IMG/VR virus record: IMGVR_UViG_2974543594_000001
Coordinates: 6,679 to 70,678 of that record
Length of the DNA: 64,000 bases
Direction: 5' to 3' (one strand)
Source: a virus
A program made the position numbers and the translations under genes. Each line of letters opens with the position of its first letter. The first letter of the stretch is position 1. The notes under the pieces were generated by a model. It did no database searches, was not told the DNA's origin, and worked only from the letters and a program-made list of their open reading frames with translations. Below are positions 20,117 through 31,235 of this stretch, in pieces.

Positions 20117-23100
20117 ATGGCTACCGGATTTGAAAAAGAACAACAGTTATCTGGTGTTGGGGCGCAAAAAGCACAAGAACTAAATCAAGCTACTCAGCAG
20201 AAACGTGTAGAGATGGGTGCTCCTGTTCCGGGAGTAGAGATTGATTTTCCTGTTGGTTCTCCGGGTTACCAGAGAGCACAGGAAGCTATTCGTTTAGCAG
20301 AAGCAGGCCCTAAATATACTCGTGAGCAGATGACTCAGATGCTTACTGCTGCTCCTACTGCTCCTGCTAATACTGGCAATATTAATGATTTTAGTATTCC
20401 AGAGGCACAGCCAATCACTCCTGAGATGCAGGCTAACTACGATGCTATTGCACGTACTAAACCTTTCTATCGCAAGATGATTAATCCTCAAGTGTCTCCA
20501 GAATTTGGTGGTACTGGTCCATTTGACCCGAACCATCCAAATTATCAGGCACCTACACAACAGGCTCAAATCCCCGCTAATCAGCAGTATCTGGAAGATT
20601 TGCAGTATATGCCTATGGCTGCTTTACAGCAGAAGTATGGGCCTCAAGCTGCAAGAGATAAGTTATCTCTGAATATTGCTAAAGCAAATACTGATGAATT
20701 CTCTGGTCAGGGTATTGAAGCCAGTGACATTGGTAATGCAGCTCAAGTCTGGTTAGGTAACACAGCTCGCTTTGCTACTGGTTTAGGTAATCTGGCTTTA
20801 CAGAATACTCAGGATTTAATTGCTGATGTAACTGGACGTGATGACCTAGCAGGTCAACCTACTCTGTTAGACCAAGCTGGTATTGATAAACCTCTGAAAG
20901 AATTTACAGAGGAACAAAGAGGTCAATACTCTCCGGGTATCCTGTATGAACAGTCTGTGATTGAAGCACAGAAAGAACAGTTCAAAAATCAGGGTGCTCA
21001 GCGTGAAGCTGCTGACATTGCTAAAGGTGATAATCCATTAGTCGCTGGTGCTAAGGAACAGTTACGTCAGTTTGTTAACACTGCTGAACAATATGGAGAT
21101 AAGCCGGGTGCATTAACTACTCTGATTGCAGAATCTGCTCCTGATTTATTAACTGGTGGTTTAGTAGGTAAGTTAGCTACTCGTGGTGCATTCAAAGAAC
21201 TGGTTAAAGAGTATGGTGAAGATTTTGCTACCAAGTTAGCTGCTACCAAATATGGTAGAGAAAAACTTCAGGATGCTGCTGAGAATGCATTTGTTGGTTA
21301 TGTTGGCTTCCAAGAAGCTGGCTCTAACATGCAGCAAACTCTCGACCAGATTGATGGTATGACTAATGCTCAGCTTGCTGAGAAGTCTCCTATGTACAGA
21401 GACCTCATCGCTGAAGGCATGTCTGAAGAACAAGCCAGAAGACAAGTACGTACTCAGGCCGGTAACGTCACAGCTGCTGTAGCAGGTACGCTGGGTGCGT
21501 TAACAGGTAAACTTGCTGCTCCATTTGAATCTCGAATTTTCTCTCCTTCATTATTAGAAGGTACAGGATTCTCAAGTGCTGCATCACGCATCCTTGGTAA
21601 TACGCTTAGAGAGACTGTTGAGGAAGCATCGCAAGGGGCTACTGGTCAATTTGGCTCTAATCTCGGGGTACGGACTTCTGCTGATGAATCTCAGTCCCTC
21701 TCTGAAGATATTGGTTCAAACGTTGCTGAGTCTGCTCTTGCTGGTGCGGGTATGGGTGCTTTCGGTTCGGCTGTTAGTGAAACACCTAGAGCAATTCAGG
21801 AAGGAATCCAGCAGGGTCGTAGTGCATTTAATGAGAGACAAGCTCAAAGAGAGCAGACCAGAGCACAGGACTTCAGAAACACTGTAAATACTGCTAACGA
21901 ATCTGTTCAGCAGACTTCTCCACAGCCTGACACTACTGCTACTACAGAAGCAGCCCCTGCTACTAAAGCTGTAGATGCTGTTACTGAACCAGCTGCAAAA
22001 GAAGTCTTTAAAGCTATCCCAGAAGAAGAAATCAGTTCTCCTGGCTCTATTCTGCGTATTGCTCGTGCAATTCGTAATCGTCAACTGGATGAAGCTTCAA
22101 GACGTGACCTTGCTACTGTTGGTAACAACGTTATCTCTGCTTATGAAGAAGCTCTGCCTAACATTCAGGCACAGATGCAATCTGCTCCAGAAGAACAGAA
22201 AGCTCAGTACCAGACTGCTATTGATAATATCAATGCAGTACTGAGTAATCCTGATGTACAAGCCATCAAGACTACTGCTGAGAGCTTTAAACTGACTCCT
22301 GATGAAATGACTAAAGTCATGGAATCACTTCCTTCTGAAATTACTCCAGAGACTTACCAGTCTCCAGAAGTACAGCAGGGAGTTAAATCTGTTCTGGCTC
22401 AAATGAATTTAGACGCTGCATCTATCACTCCTGAGACAGCAGATAAACTGATTAACTCAGCTGATGCTATTGGTTTAAGCCAACAAGACTTAAACAAGCT
22501 GAGAGTCATCTCTGCTACCGGTAAAGCCATGAGCCAGGTAGGTCAGGATGTACGTCAGGGTTCTGATGGATTTATTGGTATCCAGCAGTATCAGCAAGGT
22601 ATCTTCCGTGCATTAGCTCTGAATGATACTAAACGTGCTCAGGGTCTGTTAGACCATCTGAACCGTTTTGCTACGCACATGGAAACCAAAGCAGATGCCT
22701 TTGAACAAGCTGCTCAGAATTTCACTGGTAATCGGCCTGTAGAGGTAATCAACCCTACTACTGGTCAGCCATATATGTCACTGGATGGAAATCCTATGAC
22801 CTATCATCCTGTACGTTCTAAGAACTTAGTACAGGAAATCCGTAATGATGCTGCTGCTGTAAGACAAGCGCACACCATTACTGGTCAACTGGTAGATGGT
22901 AAGCCTGTTGATGTGCCTGCTCAGTCTGAGCCTATGGCTTCTGAAGATGTGAATTCTCAGGAACAGACTCCTGCTCCAGAGGCCACTTCTGAAGAAGCAC
23001 CTGTAGAAACTACTTCTGAGCAGACTTCTACAGAAGCTCCTACAGAGGCTTCTGAGAGCACGAATCAGGAAGAGGTACAAACACCTGCCGAGACTACAGA

Positions 23101-26100
23101 AACACAGCCAGAGGCTGTTACAGAAGCTCCAGCACAGGTTAATGAAGAACCTGTTCAGGGTGAGCTGTTTGATAAACCAGAGACTGTAGAATCTGATATT
23201 CAGATTCAGGAAGAGCCTACATCTGTTGAAACAGATTTAATGGATGAGTCGCAGTTAGACCTTGGTTTAGAAAAAGGTGTTAACTATGACATTCTGAATG
23301 GATTGCAGACAGAGACTGTACGTTCTGATGCTAAATCTACTTCAGATGTTGATAAAGAATACCAGGCTACTAACCAAGTTAAAAAATGGTTTAAGCCTAC
23401 TGGTAAACGCTCTGCATTCCTGAGAACTAGTAACTTCTCTGGAAGACTTAATAGCATCTTTACTAATGGTTCTAATCCTATTACTCAGATTCAGAATCTG
23501 TTTAAAGGGTTCATTAATCCTGAGCAAGTAACTGCTAAAGAAGTCAGTGTATTGCGTCAATTTGCTGGATTAGTTCCTGCTGTTGAACAATCACTGATTC
23601 AGTCTTGGGGTAAATTAACTCCTGAAGGTCAACGTATCTTCTGGGAAACCTATCCTGTCGAATACTTTGATGAAGTACGTAACATCAATGGTGAGAATGT
23701 TTATTTCTTACCTCAGCCAGTTATTGAAGCAATGACTGCTGGAATGATGCAGTGGTTTGTTCGTAATGCATCTGAAACTCTGTTCAATGATGACAGAGCA
23801 GTTATGGATATTCTTGGTTTAGATAACAAGACCAGACCTACTGTAGAACAGGTAGACCTTTTACGTGATGTAGGTACTGACCGTCAGAATATCATCGATG
23901 ACTTAAGCAGAGAGATTTTTGGAATCTTAGGTATCACTGCTGACCCTAATACTCCTATCTCTGTTCGTGATACTGTGTCTAAAGCACTGGCAGCCGAAGT
24001 ACTGAACGTCATGATTAATGCTGGTTTAGTTCAGGAAACTGTTGTTAAGAATAGTGAATTAGCTGCTGTTGGCTCAATTAAAGTTAATAGTTCAAACATC
24101 AAGAATTCTCGTGTGTTCATTAAAATGAATCCAGAGTCAGAAGCTTCCCTACAGTTAGTAAAACTGATGGAGGATTCTAATGACTTGTTGGGCCAGCTGA
24201 CTAACCCATCTCGTGAAAGAGCTAATGCATTCTTTGATGTTCCGCCTAAAGGGCAGTCAACCAAAGTTAAGAATGGTGGTGGTCAGGATATTCCCGAGAA
24301 GATGCTTGCTGCTCGTAACAAAGCTAGTAAACAACCTCACTTCATTAACGTGGGTCTGCATGACCTTCTGTTAGATAAGTTAGGTATTGAATGGACTGGC
24401 AGAATGTTAGGCATTCAATCTGAAGAGAATGCTAACGGTGCTCACCTGAAATCTATTCAGGGTTCTAATCGTACCATCGAACGAGACATTAACACTTTAG
24501 TTAATGGTTTAACTCGTATGGTAGAAGCAGGTAAAGACCTTGCTACTACCCCAATCTACTTTGCTTATAACGTCATCAGTAACTACCGTATGATGCTGAA
24601 CTCGGGTGACCTGAATCCACAGTCTGCTAAGTTACATCGTGAATTGGTTACTGTTGCACCTTCTACTATTGAGTTAAATAACCCTCTGCATGGTGCATTC
24701 CTTGATTACGCTATTGCTCAGGGCTTGGATATTTCTATTGATAAGCTGTCTTCTAATACAGCCAGAGAACGCTTAAATAAAGCTATTGATACTGGTCTAT
24801 TTAGGGATGCCATCAACATCTTGAAAGCTGCTGAGATTCAGGACTCTATTAGTGATGCTGATGCAGAGACTCTGTTACAGGCTGTTAATGCAGGCAAGGA
24901 GAAGACTAAAACTCTTCATGCACTGTATGCACAGGCTCAATACGAACTGGCTGTAGAGCAAGGTAAAGAGTCATTCCAGACTCACATCATGTTAGAACTT
25001 GATGGTGTTACTAACGGCCCATTTAACTCTATTATCCATCTTGGATTAAAAGATATTAACCAAGACCTTCTGGATAAACTGGAGAAGGGTGGTTTGTTCT
25101 ATGGTCAGTCTGACCGTCTGTATAACGATGCTGCTGAAGAACCAGGATTCTTAGACCTGTATAAGACTGCTGCTGCTGGTACGCAGGAGTATGTTAACAA
25201 TATGATGGACTCTGTACGGAATATTCCAAACCGTATTGCAGCTCTCAGCAGCAAATCTAAGCGTCAGCAGCAGAAAGAGTTGCGTGAGATTGAACGTCTG
25301 AAGAATCAGATGAGAGTTACTCTTGCTGCATCTAAATTAATTGGTGATGTGAACATCGTTGAAGGTGAAGATGTTGAACACCCAATTCAGATTGGTCGTG
25401 GATTACTTAAGAATCCTGTAACCGTAACAGTCTATTCTGGCGGTGCTAATGCCATTAATAGAAAGATTGCTATGGGTATTGTTAATGGTTACTACGAGGC
25501 AATTACTGAAGCATTAAGAGCAGTAGATTCAGCAACCACTGTTGAAGAAAGGGATGCTGCAATTGCTCATATCCAAGACCTGACTCAGACTACAAATGAG
25601 TTAACTTCTGCTCGTGTATTCCGCAATGGTGATTGGGTTAATATCGGAGAACCTATTAATTTAGGGTCTGATGTAACCCAATTTAAATTCTCTGGAGAAC
25701 AAATTGATGCTATCACTCAAAATATTAAAATCGGGATTGGCGCTGCTGTTAATCAGTCTATTGCTACTGAATTTGGTACTGTAGTTAAACGTGGCAAGAT
25801 GATGGTTTATGCTGCTGCCGTTATGCATGAAGTATTCATGTCACGTTGGAACAAAGAGGTATCTCGTTTAGAGGAAGAGCTTCGTAAAGCAGGTAAACTC
25901 TCTAAATTTGAGTCTCTGTCCCAGCAGCAATACAACGACATTAAGCAGTATCTGATTGGCTCTATGCCTATCTTCAATTCATGGTTCACTGCTAATAACT
26001 TAGATGTAGACCAGTTAAATACCGGTATTCTTCTGAGTGAAGAAGCACGTCAACCTGTTGATAATTACAGAATGGAATCAAGAGGTCGCAGAGAACTGGA

Positions 26101-29100
26101 TGGTAAAATGCGTAGGTCTACCTTTGGTGTAGACATGCCTACCTATACCGAACCGGGTACTCGTGTAATGCCTTTACTGGTTCAGTCTGTAGAAGCAGCC
26201 ATGCAAGCCATTGCTCGTGATATTAACCCGAATAACGCACTTAACGTATTTGATGGTTATATTAATGCTGTCGAGCATCTTGAGTCTGGCTCACAAGCCA
26301 TTAACCAAGGTGTATTCCAGAGCTGGAATGAATTCGATTTACTGCAAGACTTTACTAATCGCTTTGAACAAGCGATGGAAGGAGTTGATGTTGATGCTGA
26401 GCTAGATGTGGTTGCTGCCAATAGTCTGCAACAGTCATTTGACTCTATTGCTGAAGACCTTGGCTTAGAGCCGGGTATTTACCCAATTTCCCCGGAAATA
26501 CTGAATGACTTCTTAAAAGAGTTAAAGAAAGAAGCTGCTACTCAGACTGCTATCAAACAAGGTTTGTTAGGTGGTGAGGCTATCACTTCTATTAACCAGA
26601 TGACTGGCGCTAACATTCCATTCAATGTACAGAATGGTAAGCAGGTTACTGAGCAGACTGATGAGCTGATTGATACCAGAACTCCTTTGGAACAGTTAGT
26701 AGCTAATACTGAACTGCCTACTGTCGAATCTATTTCTCTGCCTTTAGGTAGAGTTACCATTCCTCCTAGCCGTCAAATGGCTGAGGCTTTAGATAGAAAT
26801 GGTAGAACTCTGCGTGGACATGAAGGTGTTAAAGTTCTGGCTAAAGGTGATGTGGTTGCTGCGGTAAGAGAAGCAGCTAAATCCCTGCCATCTCGTCAGA
26901 ATAAAATCACTGGATTTATTCTTGATAAGATTGAGAAAGCCATCCCTAATGACATTAATGTGTATGTAGGCTCCCCAGAGGCTCTGTCAGATGTTCAATG
27001 GAAACTGAATCCTGGTAGAAGAGTTAAGTTTACTTCTAACTTCTTAGGGCTTACAGAAGGCCAGAATATCTATATTGGTTCTCAGTCTATTGAGACAGTG
27101 ATGCATGAATTAATCCATGCTGCTACTGCCAATACTGTTCAGGCTTATTACACTGACCCAGCTAGTCTGACTCCAAATCAGAGAACTGAGGTTGCTTCTA
27201 TTGAAGCTCTCATGACTAAGTTTGTTAACGAGTACACATACGTTAACCCAGAAACAAATTCTGTAGTTAGTCTGATTAATGACCATATTGAGAGTGGTGA
27301 TATGGCTCAGGCTACTGCTGAATTCATTGCATGGGGTTTAGTTAACCCAAGAATGATTGATGCAATGACTCAGAAAACTGTTGCTGGTAAGGTCACTAAT
27401 GTACTGAAACAGATGGCTGATGCTATCAAGCGCCTGTTTGCAATTGGTTCTAATCCAGAAATTAACTCTTACTGGTCAAGACTGCTTGGGCATACTGTTG
27501 CATTGACTGACACTACAACCTCTGTGAGCACAGCTGATGAAACCAGTTTTGCACAGCGTAATGCTAACAACATTAACAGACTGGATGCTGAAACCTTATT
27601 CAATAAACTGAACCCAGGTAAAGCAACTCAAGACCACATCAATCATCTGACTGACACTCTGGATTATCTCCAGTCAAATATCGTTAGAGTGATTAAACAA
27701 TCTGGTCAACAGATTTCTGGTCTGGACCATTTCCAAGAGAAACTCTTGGTAGATAGCATTGACCCTGAGATTGATAAGTCTCCTGATGCTCTGATTGCTC
27801 ATGGTTTTGACATGAGTGAGAAAGAGGCGTTTGTCTTCAAGATGCTTCAGGTATCTATGAAGTATGGTCTGGAGAATTTCTCTCCAAGTGTTCTGGTAGC
27901 TCGTAGCCTGTATGCTCAGGCAAGAGACCAGTTGAAGGTTAGTGATTTCCTCACTGACCCTAACAACACGTCTGCTACTGAGATGGCTCTGGCTAAACAG
28001 AGATATGATGCTGTATTTGGTAATACTGCTATCACCACTGATGCTACCGGTCGTACTAATAGACTGGCTAACTTCATTGCACTGGCAGAAACTCATGAGC
28101 CTCTGAGAAATAAACTGGCTCAGATGAGTGTTAAACGTACTCGTTCAGCACCGGCCTCTACTATCAGAGAACACATTGGTGATTTAGTTAATTCCATTCT
28201 GACTTGGCTGTCAGGATTGGCTACTAAATCTCTGTCCAATGCTACTGTTGCTACTCGCTTAACTAAACTGGCTAAAAACATTAGTCATGTTGATAGTGAA
28301 GCCAGAGATAATCTGTTAGGTAGAGTTGAACGTGGTAGTGAAGAAATCTCACAGACTGTTCAGGATAAACTGAATGCCTTTGGTCACATGGTTAGAAACC
28401 AGTTACTCAAGGTACAGAAGATTGTTCCTAAGTCTGTAGCCTTTGGTATCAATGCTGGTTCTGCTGTATTCAATGACCAAGATGCTCAGGATGTGCGTAC
28501 AGCAATTACCACTATCATGATGAACATTCATCAGAATGGTAAGTTGGGTACTCTGGCTGAACTGGTTAATGAATTCATTGGTTCCAATGAAACTAACCAG
28601 ACTATTCATACTCTGTTAACTCAGAAGAATATGGCTGCTGATAGAGCACGTCAGATTATTCGTGAAATGGTTCCGGGTATGATTGAGCAGACTTTCGTTT
28701 CATTAAACCAGACTGAGAAAGAAGCTATTCAGAAGGTGGTTGCTAACACTGATATGGCTTACTTGTTTGCTAATGGATACAGCTTAGCTCGCCTGAATGA
28801 GTTACTGACTAATCCAAATGAACTGGCTAAAGAGATTGCTTCTATGGAATCTCAGCTCAATTCAATTGGTGCTCAGAATGCACCATTCTACATCAAGTCT
28901 GCTAAAGGCTTGGCTAAACAAATGGTGCATGGAGTTAGTCCACTGGTTTATCAGTTACCGAATGCTGCATCTATTGCTCGCTTAATCGGTACTGGCAAAG
29001 TCAGACCTAACGATACTGTCGTTAATTCAGCTACTCAGCTGATTGATACTCTAGCTTCACTGTCAGCTCTGACTGAATTGTCACAAGCTGATAAAGAAAC

Positions 29101-31006
29101 TGTGAGTAACGTCATTAGCAGAGAGATGACTAAAGGCGAACCAAATAACAATGGGATGACTTTTACGCTGAAATACTACAGCAGTTTACAGGGTGCTGAG
29201 TTAGCCAAGTCTGGTAAAAATCAATCTCTGGCAGCTGTAAAAGGTTATACGCCTACTCTGACAGACCCAAATAAAAAGGTCATTGTGGCATCCGTTTTAG
29301 ATGAGCCAAGTCTGGTTCGCAGAGGCTATGTCAGAGGTGCTCAGTTTGCTCGTGACCCGAATGACCTGAGTAAAGAACCAATGTACTACTACCACTCAAA
29401 TAATGGTGGTGAGCCTCGTTGGATTGCTGGGGTAATGAGCACCCTTCAAACCACCGTAGGTGGTGTAAACCCAATCTCAGGTAGAAGTGTTAATGGTTCA
29501 ATGACTCCGGGTATCTGGGGCAGCAAAGAGAAGACTACATTAGCTACCCTGAAACGTGGTCAAATTGATGACCTGTTTGATGCTAATAAGCCTATGCCTA
29601 CTGGATTCAGTAGCTACATGCAGCCTACTCTGAACAGGGCTGGTTCAATCATGGGATACTCTTATCAGATTCCTCGTGCTAACAAAGAAGCACATCTGGA
29701 TATTGATAATGATTTCACTAAAGTAATGGCGGCTTGGGAAGGTCGTATTGCTGAGGAGATTCAGGCTGAGAAATACAATGAGATGCTTCTTCAGAGATTG
29801 CGTGAGATGTATGTGAAGGATGCTCGCCAAGGCAATGCATACCAGTACATCACTATTAATAAGAACTCAACTGACCCACAGCTCAAAGAGATTTATGAAC
29901 TGATGCCAATTGAGATGAAAGAAGCTGCCAAAGAGATTTGGCCTAATGGTGATATCAAGGTACGTAAAGACTTACTGAATAATGCATTTGGTTATCGTGA
30001 GCCTTCAGTACTGAATATGTGGACTGGTCAGACTGGTTACTCTAAAGAGTTCCAGAAAGCCTTTGTGAGTATCGCAGAGACATTCTTAGGTAAGAATGCT
30101 GCTAAGTATCTCCGCTTAGGTGAGCGTGGGATTATGGAATTTGTGAAGGAAATGAAAGATTGGATTGTTGTACGTTCAGTAGTCGTATCAGCAGCCAACA
30201 TTGTTTCCAACATGGTTCACTTAGCGACTGTAGGTGTCAGTCCAGTTACTATGGCTAAAGACATGTCTGTAGCTGTACTGGCTGCTGAAGAATACAGAAG
30301 AAACGAGAAACTCATTAACGAGTATTCTCACTATCTGGCTGTAGGACATAATCCTAAGATGGCTGATGAGTATCAGAGAAAAATTTCTGAACTCAAAGAT
30401 TCACAGGCTCGTAACCCTGTTGCTGATTTAATCAAAGCTGGTTTACTGCCTACCATCGCAGAGGATTTAGGTCAGCAGGATGATTACTCTCTGAAAGATA
30501 AACTGTTAACTAAGATGGATGAATACACTTCTGCTGTTCCAGACAGTGTTAAAAGGGTTGCCAAGGAAGTTGCACTTTCAAGAGATAGTCACATCTACTT
30601 CTTACTGAACCGTTCAATTCAGTATGGTGACTTCGTTGCTAAGTATTCTCTGTATAAACAGCTGACTACTCGCAAGAATAATCCAATGGATAAAGATAGT
30701 GCTATTGCACGAGTAATGGATGAATTCGTTAACTATGACATTCTTCCTAGCCGTACCAGATTCTATCTGGATGCAATGGGATTAACTTGGTTCCTGAACT
30801 ATAAGATTAGAATTCAGAAAGTTATTCTCAGAACGATTCGTGAGAATCCACTGAGAGCACTGTTCCTGATGTTCAGTAATAGTTGGGAATCAAACCTGCC
30901 GAACATCACTGATGCTAACTTAGTGACTGGCAGCCTGAATTATAACATTGGGTTTGGTACTGCATTGAATGGATTCACAGTACACCCGCTGGTTGAACTG
31001 TACTAA
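20117..31006 (+). CDS. virion-encapsidated RNA polymerase (vRNAP, N4 gp50-like)
   Basis: 3629 aa. Central region has T7-like motifs. Motif A region is DGVTNGPFNSIIHLG at about aa 1629. Motif B-like tyrosine is in GGLFYGQSD. Motif C-like is VFDGY at about aa 2044. A D-to-D spacing of about 415 aa fits the N4 mini-vRNAP. Confidence 0.8.
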   Translation: MATGFEKEQQLSGVGAQKAQELNQATQQKRVEMGAPVPGVEIDFPVGSPGYQRAQEAIRLAEAGPKYTREQMTQMLTAAPTAPANTGNINDFSIPEAQPITPEMQANYDAIARTKPFYRKMINPQVSPEFGGTGPFDPNHPNYQAPTQQAQIPANQQYLEDLQYMPMAALQQKYGPQAARDKLSLNIAKANTDEFSGQGIEASDIGNAAQVWLGNTARFATGLGNLALQNTQDLIADVTGRDDLAGQPTLLDQAGIDKPLKEFTEEQRGQYSPGILYEQSVIEAQKEQFKNQGAQREAADIAKGDNPLVAGAKEQLRQFVNTAEQYGDKPGALTTLIAESAPDLLTGGLVGKLATRGAFKELVKEYGEDFATKLAATKYGREKLQDAAENAFVGYVGFQEAGSNMQQTLDQIDGMTNAQLAEKSPMYRDLIAEGMSEEQARRQVRTQAGNVTAAVAGTLGALTGKLAAPFESRIFSPSLLEGTGFSSAASRILGNTLRETVEEASQGATGQFGSNLGVRTSADESQSLSEDIGSNVAESALAGAGMGAFGSAVSETPRAIQEGIQQGRSAFNERQAQREQTRAQDFRNTVNTANESVQQTSPQPDTTATTEAAPATKAVDAVTEPAAKEVFKAIPEEEISSPGSILRIARAIRNRQLDEASRRDLATVGNNVISAYEEALPNIQAQMQSAPEEQKAQYQTAIDNINAVLSNPDVQAIKTTAESFKLTPDEMTKVMESLPSEITPETYQSPEVQQGVKSVLAQMNLDAASITPETADKLINSADAIGLSQQDLNKLRVISATGKAMSQVGQDVRQGSDGFIGIQQYQQGIFRALALNDTKRAQGLLDHLNRFATHMETKADAFEQAAQNFTGNRPVEVINPTTGQPYMSLDGNPMTYHPVRSKNLVQEIRNDAAAVRQAHTITGQLVDGKPVDVPAQSEPMASEDVNSQEQTPAPEATSEEAPVETTSEQTSTEAPTEASESTNQEEVQTPAETTETQPEAVTEAPAQVNEEPVQGELFDKPETVESDIQIQEEPTSVETDLMDESQLDLGLEKGVNYDILNGLQTETVRSDAKSTSDVDKEYQATNQVKKWFKPTGKRSAFLRTSNFSGRLNSIFTNGSNPITQIQNLFKGFINPEQVTAKEVSVLRQFAGLVPAVEQSLIQSWGKLTPEGQRIFWETYPVEYFDEVRNINGENVYFLPQPVIEAMTAGMMQWFVRNASETLFNDDRAVMDILGLDNKTRPTVEQVDLLRDVGTDRQNIIDDLSREIFGILGITADPNTPISVRDTVSKALAAEVLNVMINAGLVQETVVKNSELAAVGSIKVNSSNIKNSRVFIKMNPESEASLQLVKLMEDSNDLLGQLTNPSRERANAFFDVPPKGQSTKVKNGGGQDIPEKMLAARNKASKQPHFINVGLHDLLLDKLGIEWTGRMLGIQSEENANGAHLKSIQGSNRTIERDINTLVNGLTRMVEAGKDLATTPIYFAYNVISNYRMMLNSGDLNPQSAKLHRELVTVAPSTIELNNPLHGAFLDYAIAQGLDISIDKLSSNTARERLNKAIDTGLFRDAINILKAAEIQDSISDADAETLLQAVNAGKEKTKTLHALYAQAQYELAVEQGKESFQTHIMLELDGVTNGPFNSIIHLGLKDINQDLLDKLEKGGLFYGQSDRLYNDAAEEPGFLDLYKTAAAGTQEYVNNMMDSVRNIPNRIAALSSKSKRQQQKELREIERLKNQMRVTLAASKLIGDVNIVEGEDVEHPIQIGRGLLKNPVTVTVYSGGANAINRKIAMGIVNGYYEAITEALRAVDSATTVEERDAAIAHIQDLTQTTNELTSARVFRNGDWVNIGEPINLGSDVTQFKFSGEQIDAITQNIKIGIGAAVNQSIATEFGTVVKRGKMMVYAAAVMHEVFMSRWNKEVSRLEEELRKAGKLSKFESLSQQQYNDIKQYLIGSMPIFNSWFTANNLDVDQLNTGILLSEEARQPVDNYRMESRGRRELDGKMRRSTFGVDMPTYTEPGTRVMPLLVQSVEAAMQAIARDINPNNALNVFDGYINAVEHLESGSQAINQGVFQSWNEFDLLQDFTNRFEQAMEGVDVDAELDVVAANSLQQSFDSIAEDLGLEPGIYPISPEILNDFLKELKKEAATQTAIKQGLLGGEAITSINQMTGANIPFNVQNGKQVTEQTDELIDTRTPLEQLVANTELPTVESISLPLGRVTIPPSRQMAEALDRNGRTLRGHEGVKVLAKGDVVAAVREAAKSLPSRQNKITGFILDKIEKAIPNDINVYVGSPEALSDVQWKLNPGRRVKFTSNFLGLTEGQNIYIGSQSIETVMHELIHAATANTVQAYYTDPASLTPNQRTEVASIEALMTKFVNEYTYVNPETNSVVSLINDHIESGDMAQATAEFIAWGLVNPRMIDAMTQKTVAGKVTNVLKQMADAIKRLFAIGSNPEINSYWSRLLGHTVALTDTTTSVSTADETSFAQRNANNINRLDAETLFNKLNPGKATQDHINHLTDTLDYLQSNIVRVIKQSGQQISGLDHFQEKLLVDSIDPEIDKSPDALIAHGFDMSEKEAFVFKMLQVSMKYGLENFSPSVLVARSLYAQARDQLKVSDFLTDPNNTSATEMALAKQRYDAVFGNTAITTDATGRTNRLANFIALAETHEPLRNKLAQMSVKRTRSAPASTIREHIGDLVNSILTWLSGLATKSLSNATVATRLTKLAKNISHVDSEARDNLLGRVERGSEEISQTVQDKLNAFGHMVRNQLLKVQKIVPKSVAFGINAGSAVFNDQDAQDVRTAITTIMMNIHQNGKLGTLAELVNEFIGSNETNQTIHTLLTQKNMAADRARQIIREMVPGMIEQTFVSLNQTEKEAIQKVVANTDMAYLFANGYSLARLNELLTNPNELAKEIASMESQLNSIGAQNAPFYIKSAKGLAKQMVHGVSPLVYQLPNAASIARLIGTGKVRPNDTVVNSATQLIDTLASLSALTELSQADKETVSNVISREMTKGEPNNNGMTFTLKYYSSLQGAELAKSGKNQSLAAVKGYTPTLTDPNKKVIVASVLDEPSLVRRGYVRGAQFARDPNDLSKEPMYYYHSNNGGEPRWIAGVMSTLQTTVGGVNPISGRSVNGSMTPGIWGSKEKTTLATLKRGQIDDLFDANKPMPTGFSSYMQPTLNRAGSIMGYSYQIPRANKEAHLDIDNDFTKVMAAWEGRIAEEIQAEKYNEMLLQRLREMYVKDARQGNAYQYITINKNSTDPQLKEIYELMPIEMKEAAKEIWPNGDIKVRKDLLNNAFGYREPSVLNMWTGQTGYSKEFQKAFVSIAETFLGKNAAKYLRLGERGIMEFVKEMKDWIVVRSVVVSAANIVSNMVHLATVGVSPVTMAKDMSVAVLAAEEYRRNEKLINEYSHYLAVGHNPKMADEYQRKISELKDSQARNPVADLIKAGLLPTIAEDLGQQDDYSLKDKLLTKMDEYTSAVPDSVKRVAKEVALSRDSHIYFLLNRSIQYGDFVAKYSLYKQLTTRKNNPMDKDSAIARVMDEFVNYDILPSRTRFYLDAMGLTWFLNYKIRIQKVILRTIRENPLRALFLMFSNSWESNLPNITDANLVTGSLNYNIGFGTALNGFTVHPLVELY

Positions 31007-31031
31007 AAGAAAAGCCTCAAGGAAGAGGCTT
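31003..31031 (-). terminator. intrinsic terminator overlapping 3' end of ORF 31017..31220
   Basis: AAGCCTC-aaggaa-GAGGCTT. On the minus strand it is followed by UUCUUUUAG. Confidence 0.45.
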
Positions 31032-31220
31032 CTCTGCATAGAAAACGTCAAATCCTGCAAAGTCTTCAGGGCAATGGATTTTCTCTTGATAAGAATCTCC
31101 GAATTTATATCTTGTATATTCGAAGTACTTACCGTCCCATACAGCTTCAGTAGCATTACGACAGTGTCCTTGGTACTTCTGACCAACAACTAATTCATCC
31201 TTTGGGATGTGTTTACGCAT
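31017..31220 (-). CDS. hypothetical protein
   Basis: 67 aa ORF, last gene of the minus-strand block. Confidence 0.4.
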   Translation of the reverse strand: MRKHIPKDELVVGQKYQGHCRNATEAVWDGKYFEYTRYKFGDSYQEKIHCPEDFAGFDVFYAEKPLP

Positions 31221-31235
31221 ACATATGTACCTATA

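Noticed and set aside
21716-28096. Minus-strand ORFs nested in the vRNAP gene (for example 21716..22084, 27674..28096)
   Set aside because: Embedded antisense within a gene that has continuous T7-RNAP-like domain logic. No RBS, and Ser/Leu-rich junk translations.
20117-31006. Alternative reading of the 3629-aa ORF as a tape-measure or other giant structural protein
   Set aside because: The central region carries T7-like RNAP motif A (DG...H-LG), a motif B tyrosine and motif C (FDGY) with N4-like spacing. Combined with a split RNAPII elsewhere in the window, this fits a three-polymerase N4-type phage.
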